This document shows positions 12,305 to 23,168 of a stretch of 64,000 nucleotides of DNA, piece after piece. This DNA is from Entomortierella parvispora E1425. Taxonomy: Eukaryota > Fungi > Mortierellomycota. The notes under the pieces were generated by a model. That model did not search any database and was not told the DNA's origin. It worked only from the letters and a program-made list of their open reading frames with translations. The stretch lies in assembly GCA_020891255.1 (NCBI GenBank), contig BQFW01000002.1:868001-932000 (forward strand). Reading direction: 5' to 3'. Every line of letters begins with the position of its first letter. Position 1 is the first letter of the stretch. The translations under genes were made by a program, and so were the position numbers.

Positions 12305-12859
12305 ATGCACCTTTCTACTCCCATTCTCCTTGTCCTCGCCTGCGTCGCGTCTGCAATGGCTGCCTCCCGCCAAATCACTGTGACCGATAAAGGATTCGAA
12401 CCCGCACAGGTTTGCATCAACTCTGGTGATTCCGTCAATTGGTACTTTGCTGCCGGTGGACACAGTGTCCAAGAAACCGTCGCGCCCGGCTCGTGCGACT
12501 CCAAGAACACCTGGAGGAGCGCCGTCATGCAACCTGGCTGGAGATGGAGCAGGACTTTCAAGACTACTGGCGTTATCAGCTACTCGTCCTCTGTCGGCAA
12601 TGACTGCGCCAATGGATTCAAGGGCACGATTTACGTCGGTGTTTCTTGCCCTACTACCAATGAGGTTCCCAAGGAAACCTCTGAAGAGAGGGCTCGGCCT
12701 GAGACACCAGCCATCTCAACCGCTTCCAAGAACCCAAGTGGAGCTGTTGATACCATTGCAGAGGATGTGAAGGCCAAGACCAACTCTGCTGCTACAAAGC
12801 AAGCATCGATGGCTTTGGCCGCTATTGCCGTCGCCATTGCTGCGGCCATTTCAGTCTAA
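12305..12859 (+). CDS. Secreted, probably GPI-anchored cupredoxin-fold protein with a degenerate copper site
   Basis: Signal peptide MHLSTPILLVLACVASAMA. Core F.PAQVCINSGDSVNW...GHSV...GVISYSSSVGNDCANGFKGTI, then an S/T/P linker and a hydrophobic C-terminal tail MALAAIAVAIAAAISV. Confidence 0.8.
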   Translation: MHLSTPILLVLACVASAMAASRQITVTDKGFEPAQVCINSGDSVNWYFAAGGHSVQETVAPGSCDSKNTWRSAVMQPGWRWSRTFKTTGVISYSSSVGNDCANGFKGTIYVGVSCPTTNEVPKETSEERARPETPAISTASKNPSGAVDTIAEDVKAKTNSAATKQASMALAAIAVAIAAAISV

Positions 12860-13125
12860 ACAAAGTCGTTACCTCGTAACCACTCTGATGAAAAAAAGAA
12901 TAAAGAGAAGCGTTTCACTTCCATGCGCGATGCATTGCCACCAAATTTTAAAAAATGTGACTGTCAAATATGTGGCTTGTGTTTGTTAAGGCCTCGGCCT
13001 TTTTTTTCTTTTTTTTTTTTTTTTTTTTTTGAGCCAGCGTTTGCATGCATTGAAGACGAGAAAGCTGCGGTCTGTCCTTGAACTCCATTCCATCAACATC
13101 TTCATCTCATACAAAGTCATTGACG

Positions 13126-16100
13126 ATGTAAGCATCCCCTTTTTAACAGCAACAACTCAGGACCCCCCCTTCCTGTGTAGTACCCTCACTCCTAAACCCC
13201 TCATGATGCACCCCTCCATTCACTGAACCTGCCATCTCACAACTTTACTCTCCTTTTTTTTCCTCAGGTCGCGACTTATTATCAAGAACCTCCCAAAGCA
13301 CTTGTCCGATGAGCGCTTCAGGGAGCACTTCAGCTCCGTCGGCGAGGTCACAGACGCAAAGCTTATGAAGAGCTCGTACGTTCCACTTTTCTTGTTTTGA
13401 TTTCCAAAAAAAACCCCCCCAAAAGACTCTAGCCGAAGCTGTTCCCCCTGACCCTTCGTTCTTTCTCCCTTGTGTTGTCTACAACAGCTTTGGAAACTCT
13501 AGACGCTTTGGATTCATCGGTTACAAGACAGATAAGGACGCCAAGGCCGCCATCGCACATTTTAACAACACCTTTATCGATACCTCCAAGATCATTGTCG
13601 AGAAGGCAAAAGAGGTACAGAAGCAAACGACCAGCACCTCTGCAACTCGAAAGAAAGAGCGGCCTCTGTCCTTGATGCTGACAAAATCCTCAATGAAACC
13701 TTTTTTACTCGTTTAGATTGGAGATGATTCATTGCCAAGAGCGTGGAGTCAACATACTCTCGGAACCTCTGCCAATGCTAGGAGACTGGGTGTAGAGAAG
13801 CAAAGGGCCGAGTTGGCCGAGGCTGCCTTGAAGGCCAAGCGTGAGAGAGAATCCAACCAGGAGTTGCAAAGGAAGCAGGAGCACTTGTCAAAACTGTACC
13901 AGGCCGAGAACGACCCAAAGTTGAGAGAATATTTGGAAGTGATGCAGCCTCGTGCTGTCAGCAAGACTTGGGCTAACGACGACGCTGTCGAACTCAACAC
14001 AGAGAAGGTCGGTCATGGCCGGGAGAACAACAGAACCAAGGCCAGAGCACAAGTGGTGGCCCTCAAGAACAGGAAGCCCGGTGGAGAGGGTTTGATGGTG
14101 ACCCAGACAAAAATTACTTTTGATGATTCCGACGATGAGCTCTATGACAACTTACCTACGACGAAACCGGATGAGAAGAGCACAGAGGAAGACACGGATA
14201 TTCTTATGACCGATGCTATTCCTACGGAGGATACCCTTGTGAACAACAACGAAGTCTCTGATCTCGACTGGCTCAAGTCACGCATGGCCAAGCCTGCTGA
14301 GGAAGCTAGCGAAAAGGTACGTTGGATGCGCCATCACTTGCCTTTGGGTTGCTCTTCATATGTACTCATCTCTAACGGTATAACTCTATATCTCCTCTGA
14401 AACTATAGCCAAAGTCGGACGACGAAGCTGATGAGAAGAAGGACGAAGAGACTGTTCCCGCACCCCCACCAAAGATTGCTCAGGAGCCACCAAACAGACC
14501 CGTCATCATCTCTGCGGAGGAGGAGGAGGAGCAAGCCAAAAACCTCATCGCAGACACTGGACGCCTGTTTGTCCGTAACTTGGCATATACCTGCACAGAA
14601 GACGATCTCCGCAAGTTGTTTGAGAAGTTTGGGCCTTTGTCTGAGGTTCACATGCCTATTGCCAAAGATACCAAGAAGCCCAAGGGATATGCCTATGTGC
14701 TTTTCCTCCTTCCAGAGCATGCCATCAATGCATTTTCGGCTCTGGACAAGAAGATGTTCATGGGTCGTCTGTTGCACATCATTGCTTCCAAGGAGAAGCC
14801 CCAGCCCAAGGAAGATGAGGAGAACGTCCTTGGACCTGGTGGAAAGCCCTTGTCCATCAAGAAGCAACGCGAGTTGAAGAAGAAGGGTCAAAGTGGCATG
14901 GACTTTAACTGGAACAGTCTTTACATGAACGTACGTTCCCTACAACTTTTTACGGGCTCATGATGCATGAACAAGGTGCAACAGGAAATATTAACGACAG
15001 CCCATTTATTTTTATGAACATAGTCGGATGCAATCGCTGCTTCGATCGCTGATCGTCTTAACGTCTCCAAGGCCGATATTTTGAACCCTGACGCCGACAA
15101 CATGGGAGTCCGTCTCGCTGTTGCTGAGACAAAGATTATCATGGAGACCAAGCAGTTTTTGGAAGAAGAAGGAATCAACGTTGACGCTTTTGGAAAGAAG
15201 GAGCGCAGTGACACTGTCATCTTGGTCAAGAACATTCCCTACAGCACTACGGAGGAGGAGCTTCAAGAACTGTTTGGATCCCATGGTGATCTTGGACGTG
15301 TCTTGATGCCCCCTGCCAAGACCATTGCCATTGTCGAGTTCTTGCAGCCCAGTGAAGCCAGATCCGCCTTTTCGCATTTGGCCTACAGACGTTTCAAGGA
15401 TACTATCTTGTACTTGGAGAAGGCTCCCGTGGGAGTGTTCCAGAACAAGTACGATCCCGAGATGAAGAACAAGAAGGCTGCCAAGAAGGCTGACGATGAG
15501 GAGGAAGAGGCCCTGTCCAAGAAGGTCACCTCAACTCAGCTCATGGATGCCACCACCACTGCCGAGGATGCCCAGGATGTTGACAACATGGAGGGAGCTA
15601 CCCTCTTTGTCAAGAACATCAACTTCAAGACCACGGATGAGGGTCTTCGAAAGGCCTTTGCTGCCATTGATGGTATGAAGTCGACCATGATCCGTCACAA
15701 GCCCGATGCCAAGAACCCAGGAAAGACTTTGAGCATGGGATTCGGTTTCGTTGAGTTTGTGTCCAAGGAGAAGGCCGTGGCAGCTATGAAGGCCATGAAC
15801 GGATTTATTTTGGATGGAAGCAAGTTGGAGATCAAGTTCTCTGACCGTGGAACCAAGAGCGAGAACAAGACCAAGGCTCGCATTGCCCCCAAGGACCACG
15901 GAACCAAGCTTCTCATTCGTAACATCCCATTCGAGGCTACCAAGAAGGATATCCAAGGATTGTTCAGGTACGTCTTGCGTTATATATGCCATCTACCTTA
16001 TGCAATTGCCTCTCAAAAAATCAGTCAATATCTAACTTTTTTTTTTATTTTTATGTTGTACCTTTATAGCTCCTTTGGTCAATTGAAGTCTGTCCGCATC

Positions 16101-16370
16101 CCCAAGAAGATGAACGGAGGTCATCGTGGTTTTGCTTTCTTGGACTTTATGACCAAGCAAGAGGCCAAGAGCGTCTATGAGAATGTGTCTAGCACCCATT
16201 TGCTCGGTCGTCATTTGGTTGTCGAGTGGGCTGAAGAGGATGCCAACTTGGATGTGCTTAGAGAGAAGGTTGGCCGTCAGTTCCGAAAGGACGATGGACA
16301 TGGCAGCGGCAAGCGCCAAAAGATCGACCTGGACGGCGACAATGACGATATGATGATGGAGGACGACTAA
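13126..16370 (+). CDS. MRD1: Multiple-RRM pre-rRNA processing protein Mrd1/RBM19; 7 exons, start codon split by an intron
   Basis: (M)[61 protein letters not shown]-like [32 protein letters not shown] and [12 protein letters not shown] give five RRMs in the Mrd1 arrangement. Confidence 0.95.
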
Positions 16371-16925
16371 ACAGAAATCGCCTCGCTTTTCTCCTTGTAC
16401 TCAATTCACTTTTCTCCACTTGTACCATTATTTTTTGTGCCCTCCATATCCACCCCCCTCATCCCACACACAAGCATAGCACACACAAACCCCTGCATAG
16501 TTGTCATATATAAAAATCTGTGGCAAAGTAAAAGAAAAAAAAAAAGAAGTCATTACCTGCGGAATGAACGTTGGGTCGTGCATGGCTCGTGCGACAAACA
16601 AAAAGGACGTGTACCACCTCCACGCACGGTGACAGGGCGGGTTTGAAATTTTTTTTTTTTTTTTTCCCTTTTCGCGTTTTCTGTCATTGGCCCGTCAATG
16701 GAACTCCTGCGCGCTCAGAGGAAGGGTCGCGGGTCATCCGACTGCTTTCTCTCGCCATTTCACATTTCACCCGACCATCAAGAATTCTTCCAGCCCTTTA
16801 CTCGCCTTCTTTTTTCCTTGTCTTTTGCCCATTCTTTTCCTGTCTTTTACAGCCATCTCCCCGTCCGTTTACAATCCTCACAAAGAAAAACATCACACCA
16901 GAAGAAGAAAGACTTTATTTTCACC

Positions 16926-17466
16926 ATGGGTTCAAGCATCGCATGGATCCGCCAGATCCTGACGATTTTCTGTCTCACCGTTGTTTTCCTGCTTGCGTTG
17001 ATCGTCATCGGTTTGGTCGGCGTGCACGGCACGGTGACATTCCGAACGTTTAACAGGGGCTGTTTGCTCTACATGTCCGTCAATGGCGATGTGGCGACCT
17101 ACAACAATGGCTTCTGTCTCTTCCCCATCGTCGGTTCCGCCGTGATCGCGTTCTTGAGCTTGATCTTTTTGTTGTACTGGATCTTGACTGTCCGCCGCAA
17201 GGACGAGTTTGTGCCTAAACCCATGTCGCTCACTTTTTTGACTATTATCGGTCTGTGCGGCTTGTTGGCCTTTGCCATCTGTGGTGAGATTGGTATTGGG
17301 TTGAACAAAGGCTGCCAGATCCTGGGTGACGATGCCCCTAACTGCCGATCCGTGAGGAACTTTAATGGTAAAGATAAAGCTTTTTTTGTCCATACCATGA
17401 CCTCTTTGGAGGGGTGGTAGCCATCGTTGAGGAAGGACCTGCCTTGAGATACTAACCTTTTGCATT

Positions 17467-17498
<32 letters not shown>

Positions 17499-18201
17499 TT
17501 TTTTGTTCTCTCTCTATCCTTTTTTAGCTTTGTGGGGAGCCCAGATTTCCGCTGGTTTGATGGGTGGTTTCTGTATGCTTGCCATGTTGCTCGAGTTGTT
17601 CCAGCTCAGGGCCCGCCCTCGTCCCCTGGGCATGGATAGCGATGAGTATTTCGCGAACACGACCGTGGTCCCCCACACTCGCCATAACCAAGTGGGCGTC
17701 AGCAGCGGCCACACCTATAAGTCGCCCGTCGTCGCCTCCAAGTCGCCCCGCGTGCAGAAGGAAGAGTATTCTCAGCCCGAGATGACTTCCTATCCCGCAC
17801 ACGGCAGCCAATACCAGTCGCCGTACCTGGCTCAGCAGCAGCCGTACTCGACTCAACAGCAGCCGTACTCGACTCAACAGCAGCCGTACTCGACTCAACA
17901 GCAGCCGTACCCGACTCAGCAGCAGCCGTACTCGACTCAGCAGCAGCCGTACCCGGCTCAGCAGCAACCTCTCCCGGCTCAGCAGCAACCACTCCCTCAG
18001 CAGCAGCAGCTGCAATACTATCAGCCACAAGACCAGAACTATCAGCCACAAGGCCAGACCTTCCAACAGGCTTACACTCCTCAGGTTTACACTCCTCCAC
18101 CTCCTCTCCAACCTGTCATCCAAACCACTGAAACAACGACCCACGCCGTCGAGAACTTGCCCGCGGAGGGCACTGGCGTCGTTAGCACTGACTACCACTA
18201 G
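16926..18201 (+). CDS. Four-TM MARVEL/TMEM179-like membrane protein with a Q/P/Y-rich repetitive cytosolic tail; 2 exons
   Basis: ATG 16926. Hydrophobic helices with paired loop cysteines (GCLLY..GFCLF, KGC..NC). Intron 17368-17527 is GT-AG and in phase. Stop at 18201. Family assignment is by pattern only. Confidence 0.7.
17833..18000 (+). repeat. Coding 21-bp tandem repeat, about 8 units (QQQPYST, degenerating to QQQPLP)
   Basis: The unit cagcagccgtactcgactcaa is repeated nearly perfectly and then decays. Confidence 0.95.
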
Positions 18202-18534
18202 ACACGTCCGTTTTTTTTTTTTTTTTTTTTTCTCTAGTTTCTTGTTCGCGTCTCCCCCCCCCCCCCCCTCAACACCTCCCAAAAAGCTTTCTTTTTGTTT
18301 TGAAACCAGATGAAAAGATGTATATATGTATATATGAAAAATTAAATGTGCTGGACCCATTGGTGTTCAAGTGCATCGAACGATGTGTAATGATGTAAGG
18401 GAGGTCTTTTTTTTTTTACTAAAAAAAATTATCAGTCATTAGATGCTTTAAATAGGTAATAGCTAGTATATGATGGTAGGGAGCAATGATTCTCTTTTTT
18501 TTTGTTTCGTGCTGAAGAACGGAAAGACAGATGC

Positions 18535-21500
18535 TTATGAAATAGGAAGCGTGATGCCGGACAGGTTAGATTGGCTGGTGAGGTTATGTACAGGTGCGGA
18601 AGTGGAGGAGGAAGATGCTGCTGGTGGCGGGCTCGAAGCGCTGGCTCCAGTGCCCCTCCTTGAACTGATGCTCGACCGAGGGCTCGACTGGATATTGACC
18701 TGGCTCGATGAGTTACCGGGGGTGATATCCCGGACTCGGTGTGGTTGCCAACCAGCGCCTACAGAGGTTGCGACCAAGCTGGGCACCATGGCACCCGCAT
18801 GAAGAACATGAGAATGTTCACGCTCGGAATCCGTGGAGAGACGGCCTCCACGGATCGACTTGAAGACTGAAAGCTCGGAGCGGACCTTGGTGATGGCAGA
18901 GTTCCAAACAAGACCATCGCGGGATGGGTAGACATTGTTGTTGATACTACCAGTCAAGGAGTTGGTGCGGTGGTGAGATCCAACAGAGACTGGGATTGAG
19001 TTCACACGGCCCATCTCATGGTTAGCAGGGTAGCTTTCAAAGTTGGGCAAGCCGCTCTGGACAGGGCTGGAGTTGTTGACCCAGTCCTTAATACCGCCAA
19101 AGATGCCATCAGGGGTCAAACGAATCATGACACCGACGGGGATCGACAAGAGACCCAAGAGCACGCAGATCAACCATTGAACACCATCCAAACTCTGGGT
19201 CTTGAAAGCCGCGCCACCAAACTCAATAATGAGGATCTGGAGGACCACCATGATGACAAAGATCACAGAGAAGTAACGGTTCTTGATCGCACCAGAAAAG
19301 ATGTTGAGGTTGTTGTCCAATCGGCGACAGTTGACTTCGTTGAAGATCTGCAGGAACACAAAGGTGTTGAAGACCATGGCATCGAGCTCTTGACGCTTGA
19401 AGGCCGTGTAAGCGCTGTTGGTGGCGGGATCATTTCTCTGCTTCAGATATTCGGGGACCTCGTCATAGTTGAGAATGTCCATTCCGGCGTATTCGAGAAC
19501 AAAGGTAATCACCAGTTGAAGAATAGACTGACCCAGGATCATCTTCCACATAGTAAAGTTGATCAAAGGAGCAGAGCGGGGCTCAGGCTGGCGCTCCAAT
19601 AGCTCAGGAGTGGGCGGATCGGTAGCAAGGGCAAGGGCGGCAAGGGTATCCATGATCAAGTTGATCCACAGGAGCTGGACGGCAGACATGACGGGGGTTT
19701 GGTTATCAGAGGCAACGGCTGTCACGAAGGTCAGAATAACAGCAGTGACGTTGACAGTCAGCTGGAACTGCAAGAACTTCTTGACAGCATCGTTGACGGT
19801 ACGACCCCAGGAAATGGCCTTGACAATGGACGAGAAGTTGTCGTCCATCAAAATGATGGAGGACGCCTCCTTCGCAACCTCAGTACCGGCAATACCCATG
19901 GAGAAACCGACATCCGACATCTTGAGAGCAGGTCCATCGTTGGTACCGTCACCAGTAACAGCAACAATCTCACCCAAAGCCTTGAGACGACCAACAAGAA
20001 TCTTCTTGTCCTCGGGACTGGAGCGAGCCAAGACCTGGAGACGAGGGATGACAGCATCCATCTCCTCACCGGAAAGAGCACGGAACTTGGGTCCCTCCAT
20101 AATAATACCACCCTGAGTGTAAATACCGCACTGAGTAGCAATGGACTTTGCAGTCAAGATGTTATCACCAGTGACCATGCGGACAAAGACACCAGCACGC
20201 TGGCAAGCAAGAACAGCCTCAGGGACACCCTCGCGGAGAGGATCCTCGATACCGACAATACCAACAAGAGTCATACCACTCTCGGCAACCTCAGAGAAGG
20301 GAACCTCACCATCAGCGTTGAGCTGGATGTTGGCTGGGGGCCAAGACTCAAAGTCACGGTAGGCAATACCAATGGTGCGCAAGGATTGCGTGGCATAGGA
20401 GATGATGGTCTTGTGGATCTGGGTCTGGAGCTCGTCATTAAGGTCCAGCTCGGTGGTAGCAGCAGAGCGGTCCTTCTCTGACAAAGGAGCACCCTGCTCA
20501 GAAGAGGAAATTTGAACAACTTTGTTACAACGCTTCATGATGATCTCAGAGGCACCCTTGGCATGGAGACGGAATTGCTTGGGGCCCATCTGGACAATGG
20601 TAGCCATGGACTTGCGCTCAGACGAGAAAGGATAGAGATGAACAACGGGCGCAGCCTCGCGGAGTCTGCGGTAATCGGCGCCACCAATCCTCTTTGAGAA
20701 ATCAAGCATGGCAACCTCAGTCTTGGAACCAATGAAAGCCAGCTCACCCTTATCGTCCTCACTTTCGAATGCGGACGAGTTGATAGCGATGGCCTCGTGG
20801 AGAAGCTGAGTGATGGCGGATGGCAAGTTGTTGACGAGCTGGTTCATGGGGACGGCATGCTTGTTGATGGGGATCGAAGCACGGGGGTTCGAATCACCTT
20901 CAGCAACATCAGCAATGAAGCGAGTGTTGATTCCGAGGGTTCCAGAAACAATTGTCATACTAAAGTGATGATGAAGCGAGAGATAAGTAAAGAAACAAGG
21001 ACATGTACACATCAATCGAGAATAAAATAAACCATTCCCATACCGGTTCTGGGTCAGAGTTCCTGTCTTGTCCGAGCAGATAGTGGTGGCATTGCCCATG
21101 GTCTCGCAGGCAGCAAGAACACGTACCAAGTTGTTGTCCCTCAACATGCGGGTGGTGGCAAAGGCAAGAGCGAGAGTCACGGCCAAGGGAAGACCCTCGG
21201 GCACAGCAACAACGATGACAGTAACGGCAGCAATAAGAATATCGACCAATTGCTGCACAATCTGGGCCGAGGAAGGAGTACCCTTGGTCTTGAAGCTGAC
21301 AAAGAAGCGGATAAACAGGACAATCAACATCAACAAGGCAGCCAAACTTCCGAGCTTGGCAATCTGCTCAGCAAGGTGGTTGAGCTTGACTTGAAGAGGG
21401 GTATCCTCGGGATCGGTGCGGAGCGACATCATGGTTCTGCCGTGGAAACTGTTCTCACCCACACCGGTAACGACGTAAAGACCGACACCCTCGAGAACCT

Positions 21501-23168
21501 TGGATCCAGAGATAATGAATGGATCAACACCGTGGAGATCGTGAGCGGGTCTGGCAATAACTTCAATGCCCTCATGATTGGTCTGGATCTTGGCCTCGTT
21601 GTGGGTAGCAGCCTCGATTTCTTCCAGGCGCAGGTATTCTTCAAAGGTGACCTTCTTGACAGCATCAGACTCTCCAGTCATGGCAGACTCGTCGCACTTG
21701 AGGTTATGGCCACCAAGATAGACACCGTCGACAGAGATCACATCACCGGGTTCAAGATGGAGGACATCGCCGACGACGATATCAAAGACAGAGATAAGAA
21801 CCGTTTCGCCGTTGCGGAGCACCTTGACCTCACGATCTTCCTTCTTGGCGTTCAGTTTGCGGAACTGGGCTTCTTTTTGATAATCATTGACAGAGCCGAC
21901 CATGACGACAATCATGACAGCCACCAAGATGGCTACACCCTCGACCCAAGAGATCTTTGGCTCTTCGGCAGTGTAAGGGTTGAAGTTCTTGTCGTACATA
22001 ATCTTTTCGGGGTGAGGCATGCCATAATCTTCATAAAGACCGAGGGCGATCGAGACAACGGCGGCGACCAGCAACAAGATCTAAAGGCAGGGAGCAATTG
22101 TGATATGGCGAAGCAGGAAGCAGGGGTTAGGATTTCTTTGCCATGCTTGTTTGTGATGTTTGTTTGCTTTGATAAATGAACGTGTGCGTGTTTTGTTTGT
22201 TAGGTCGGGGGGGGGGGGGGTGCTGTGCAAGAGTACACCAAGACATGATCCACGTTCTGGCCCACAAGTGTTTCCTCAAGCCAATCCCCGACAGCTGGGT
22301 GTCACTTTTGGGAGGGATGGTTGGTCTGAGGAGGTGGGCACGGTGGAGGTCTCGATGTAACATGAGCAGTTCAAGAACAAAAAAGAAGGGCGGGAAAGAC
22401 AAAAAAGATTGACAGGGCGCGGGCACCCGTGTGGACGGTGGGACCCCCTGTTACAGTCCATCTGTCGGACAGAAAGCAAGTTGCAAAAAGGGCAAAGGGG
22501 GGACAGGTGCGTGCGTGTGGTGTAACAGAACAGACCAAGACTTCCACTTGGTGTGTGTGTGTACTTTGCCCCTTGTGGACAAAGGAAGGGTCCATCGAAG
22601 GGTGGTGAGGGAAATAATCAAAATAAAAAAATAAAAAAAAAAAAGAACAATAGGAAGCTTCTCTTACCAAAATCTTTTCTTGAAGAGCCATCCACATCAG
22701 CTGGAAAATAGTCTTGGGCTTGCGCTTCGGCAATACATTGCGACCAAAGAACTGCTCGCGCTCGGCGATGGTCACGGGCCCAGTCAGGGTCGAGGCCCCC
22801 TCGGGTGAATCCACCTTCTCGTTCTCGTCCGAGGTCACCACCGCCGACAGCGATCGGTCCGAGGTCGAGAGTCCCTTGGTGGGGTTGGCGTGGAGACCGG
22901 CCAGGACGCCCTGAACACCGCCATAGGCAACAAGGGTCGCAGGCGACTTTGGGTCCACGAGGTCCATGAGTTCATCACTGGTGAATGCAAACCGGCCATT
23001 GTTGGCAGGGCGGGGATCAGCTGCAGTGGCCGTAGTGTCGGAATGGTCATGGTCATGCATGGCAGGAGTGTCAATCGAGCCAGAGGCAGGGGAGTTGCTG
23101 TCTTTTAGTTCATACGAGTAGGCAGGCTGGATTTCGGTCTTTGACGAATCCAGGTCTGTAGTGCCCAT
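18535..23168 (-). CDS. PMC1: PMCA-type (P2B) Ca2+-transporting P-type ATPase; 3 exons, about 1320 aa
   Basis: Motifs DESAMTGES, VAVPEGLPLAVTLALAF, CSDKTGTLT (phospho-Asp), MVTGDN, ARSSPEDK, TGDGTNDGPAL and QLLWINLIMDT. Introns 22667-22081 and 21043-20960. Confidence 0.97.

Noticed and set aside
12956-12963. Homol-D box TGTGACTG upstream of MRD1
   Set aside because: A single 8-mer. Another copy occurs in coding DNA at 52702 and none is present at the RPS26 promoter, so chance cannot be excluded.
8640-21043. Three stop-free introns of 3n length: EXO70 8640-8726, MRD1 15968-16069, PMC1 21043-20960 (right after DKTGTLT)
   Set aside because: With about 55 introns, roughly 4 such cases are expected by chance (a third are 3n, and about a quarter of those are stop-free). 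They mainly explain why the ORF track reads through introns. Retention would need RNA-seq evidence.
19018-22179. Long plus-strand ORFs opposite PMC1, and similar shadows opposite MRD1, PXA1 and INPP4
   Set aside because: Antisense shadow frames caused by biased codon usage of the real gene. They have no independent motifs.
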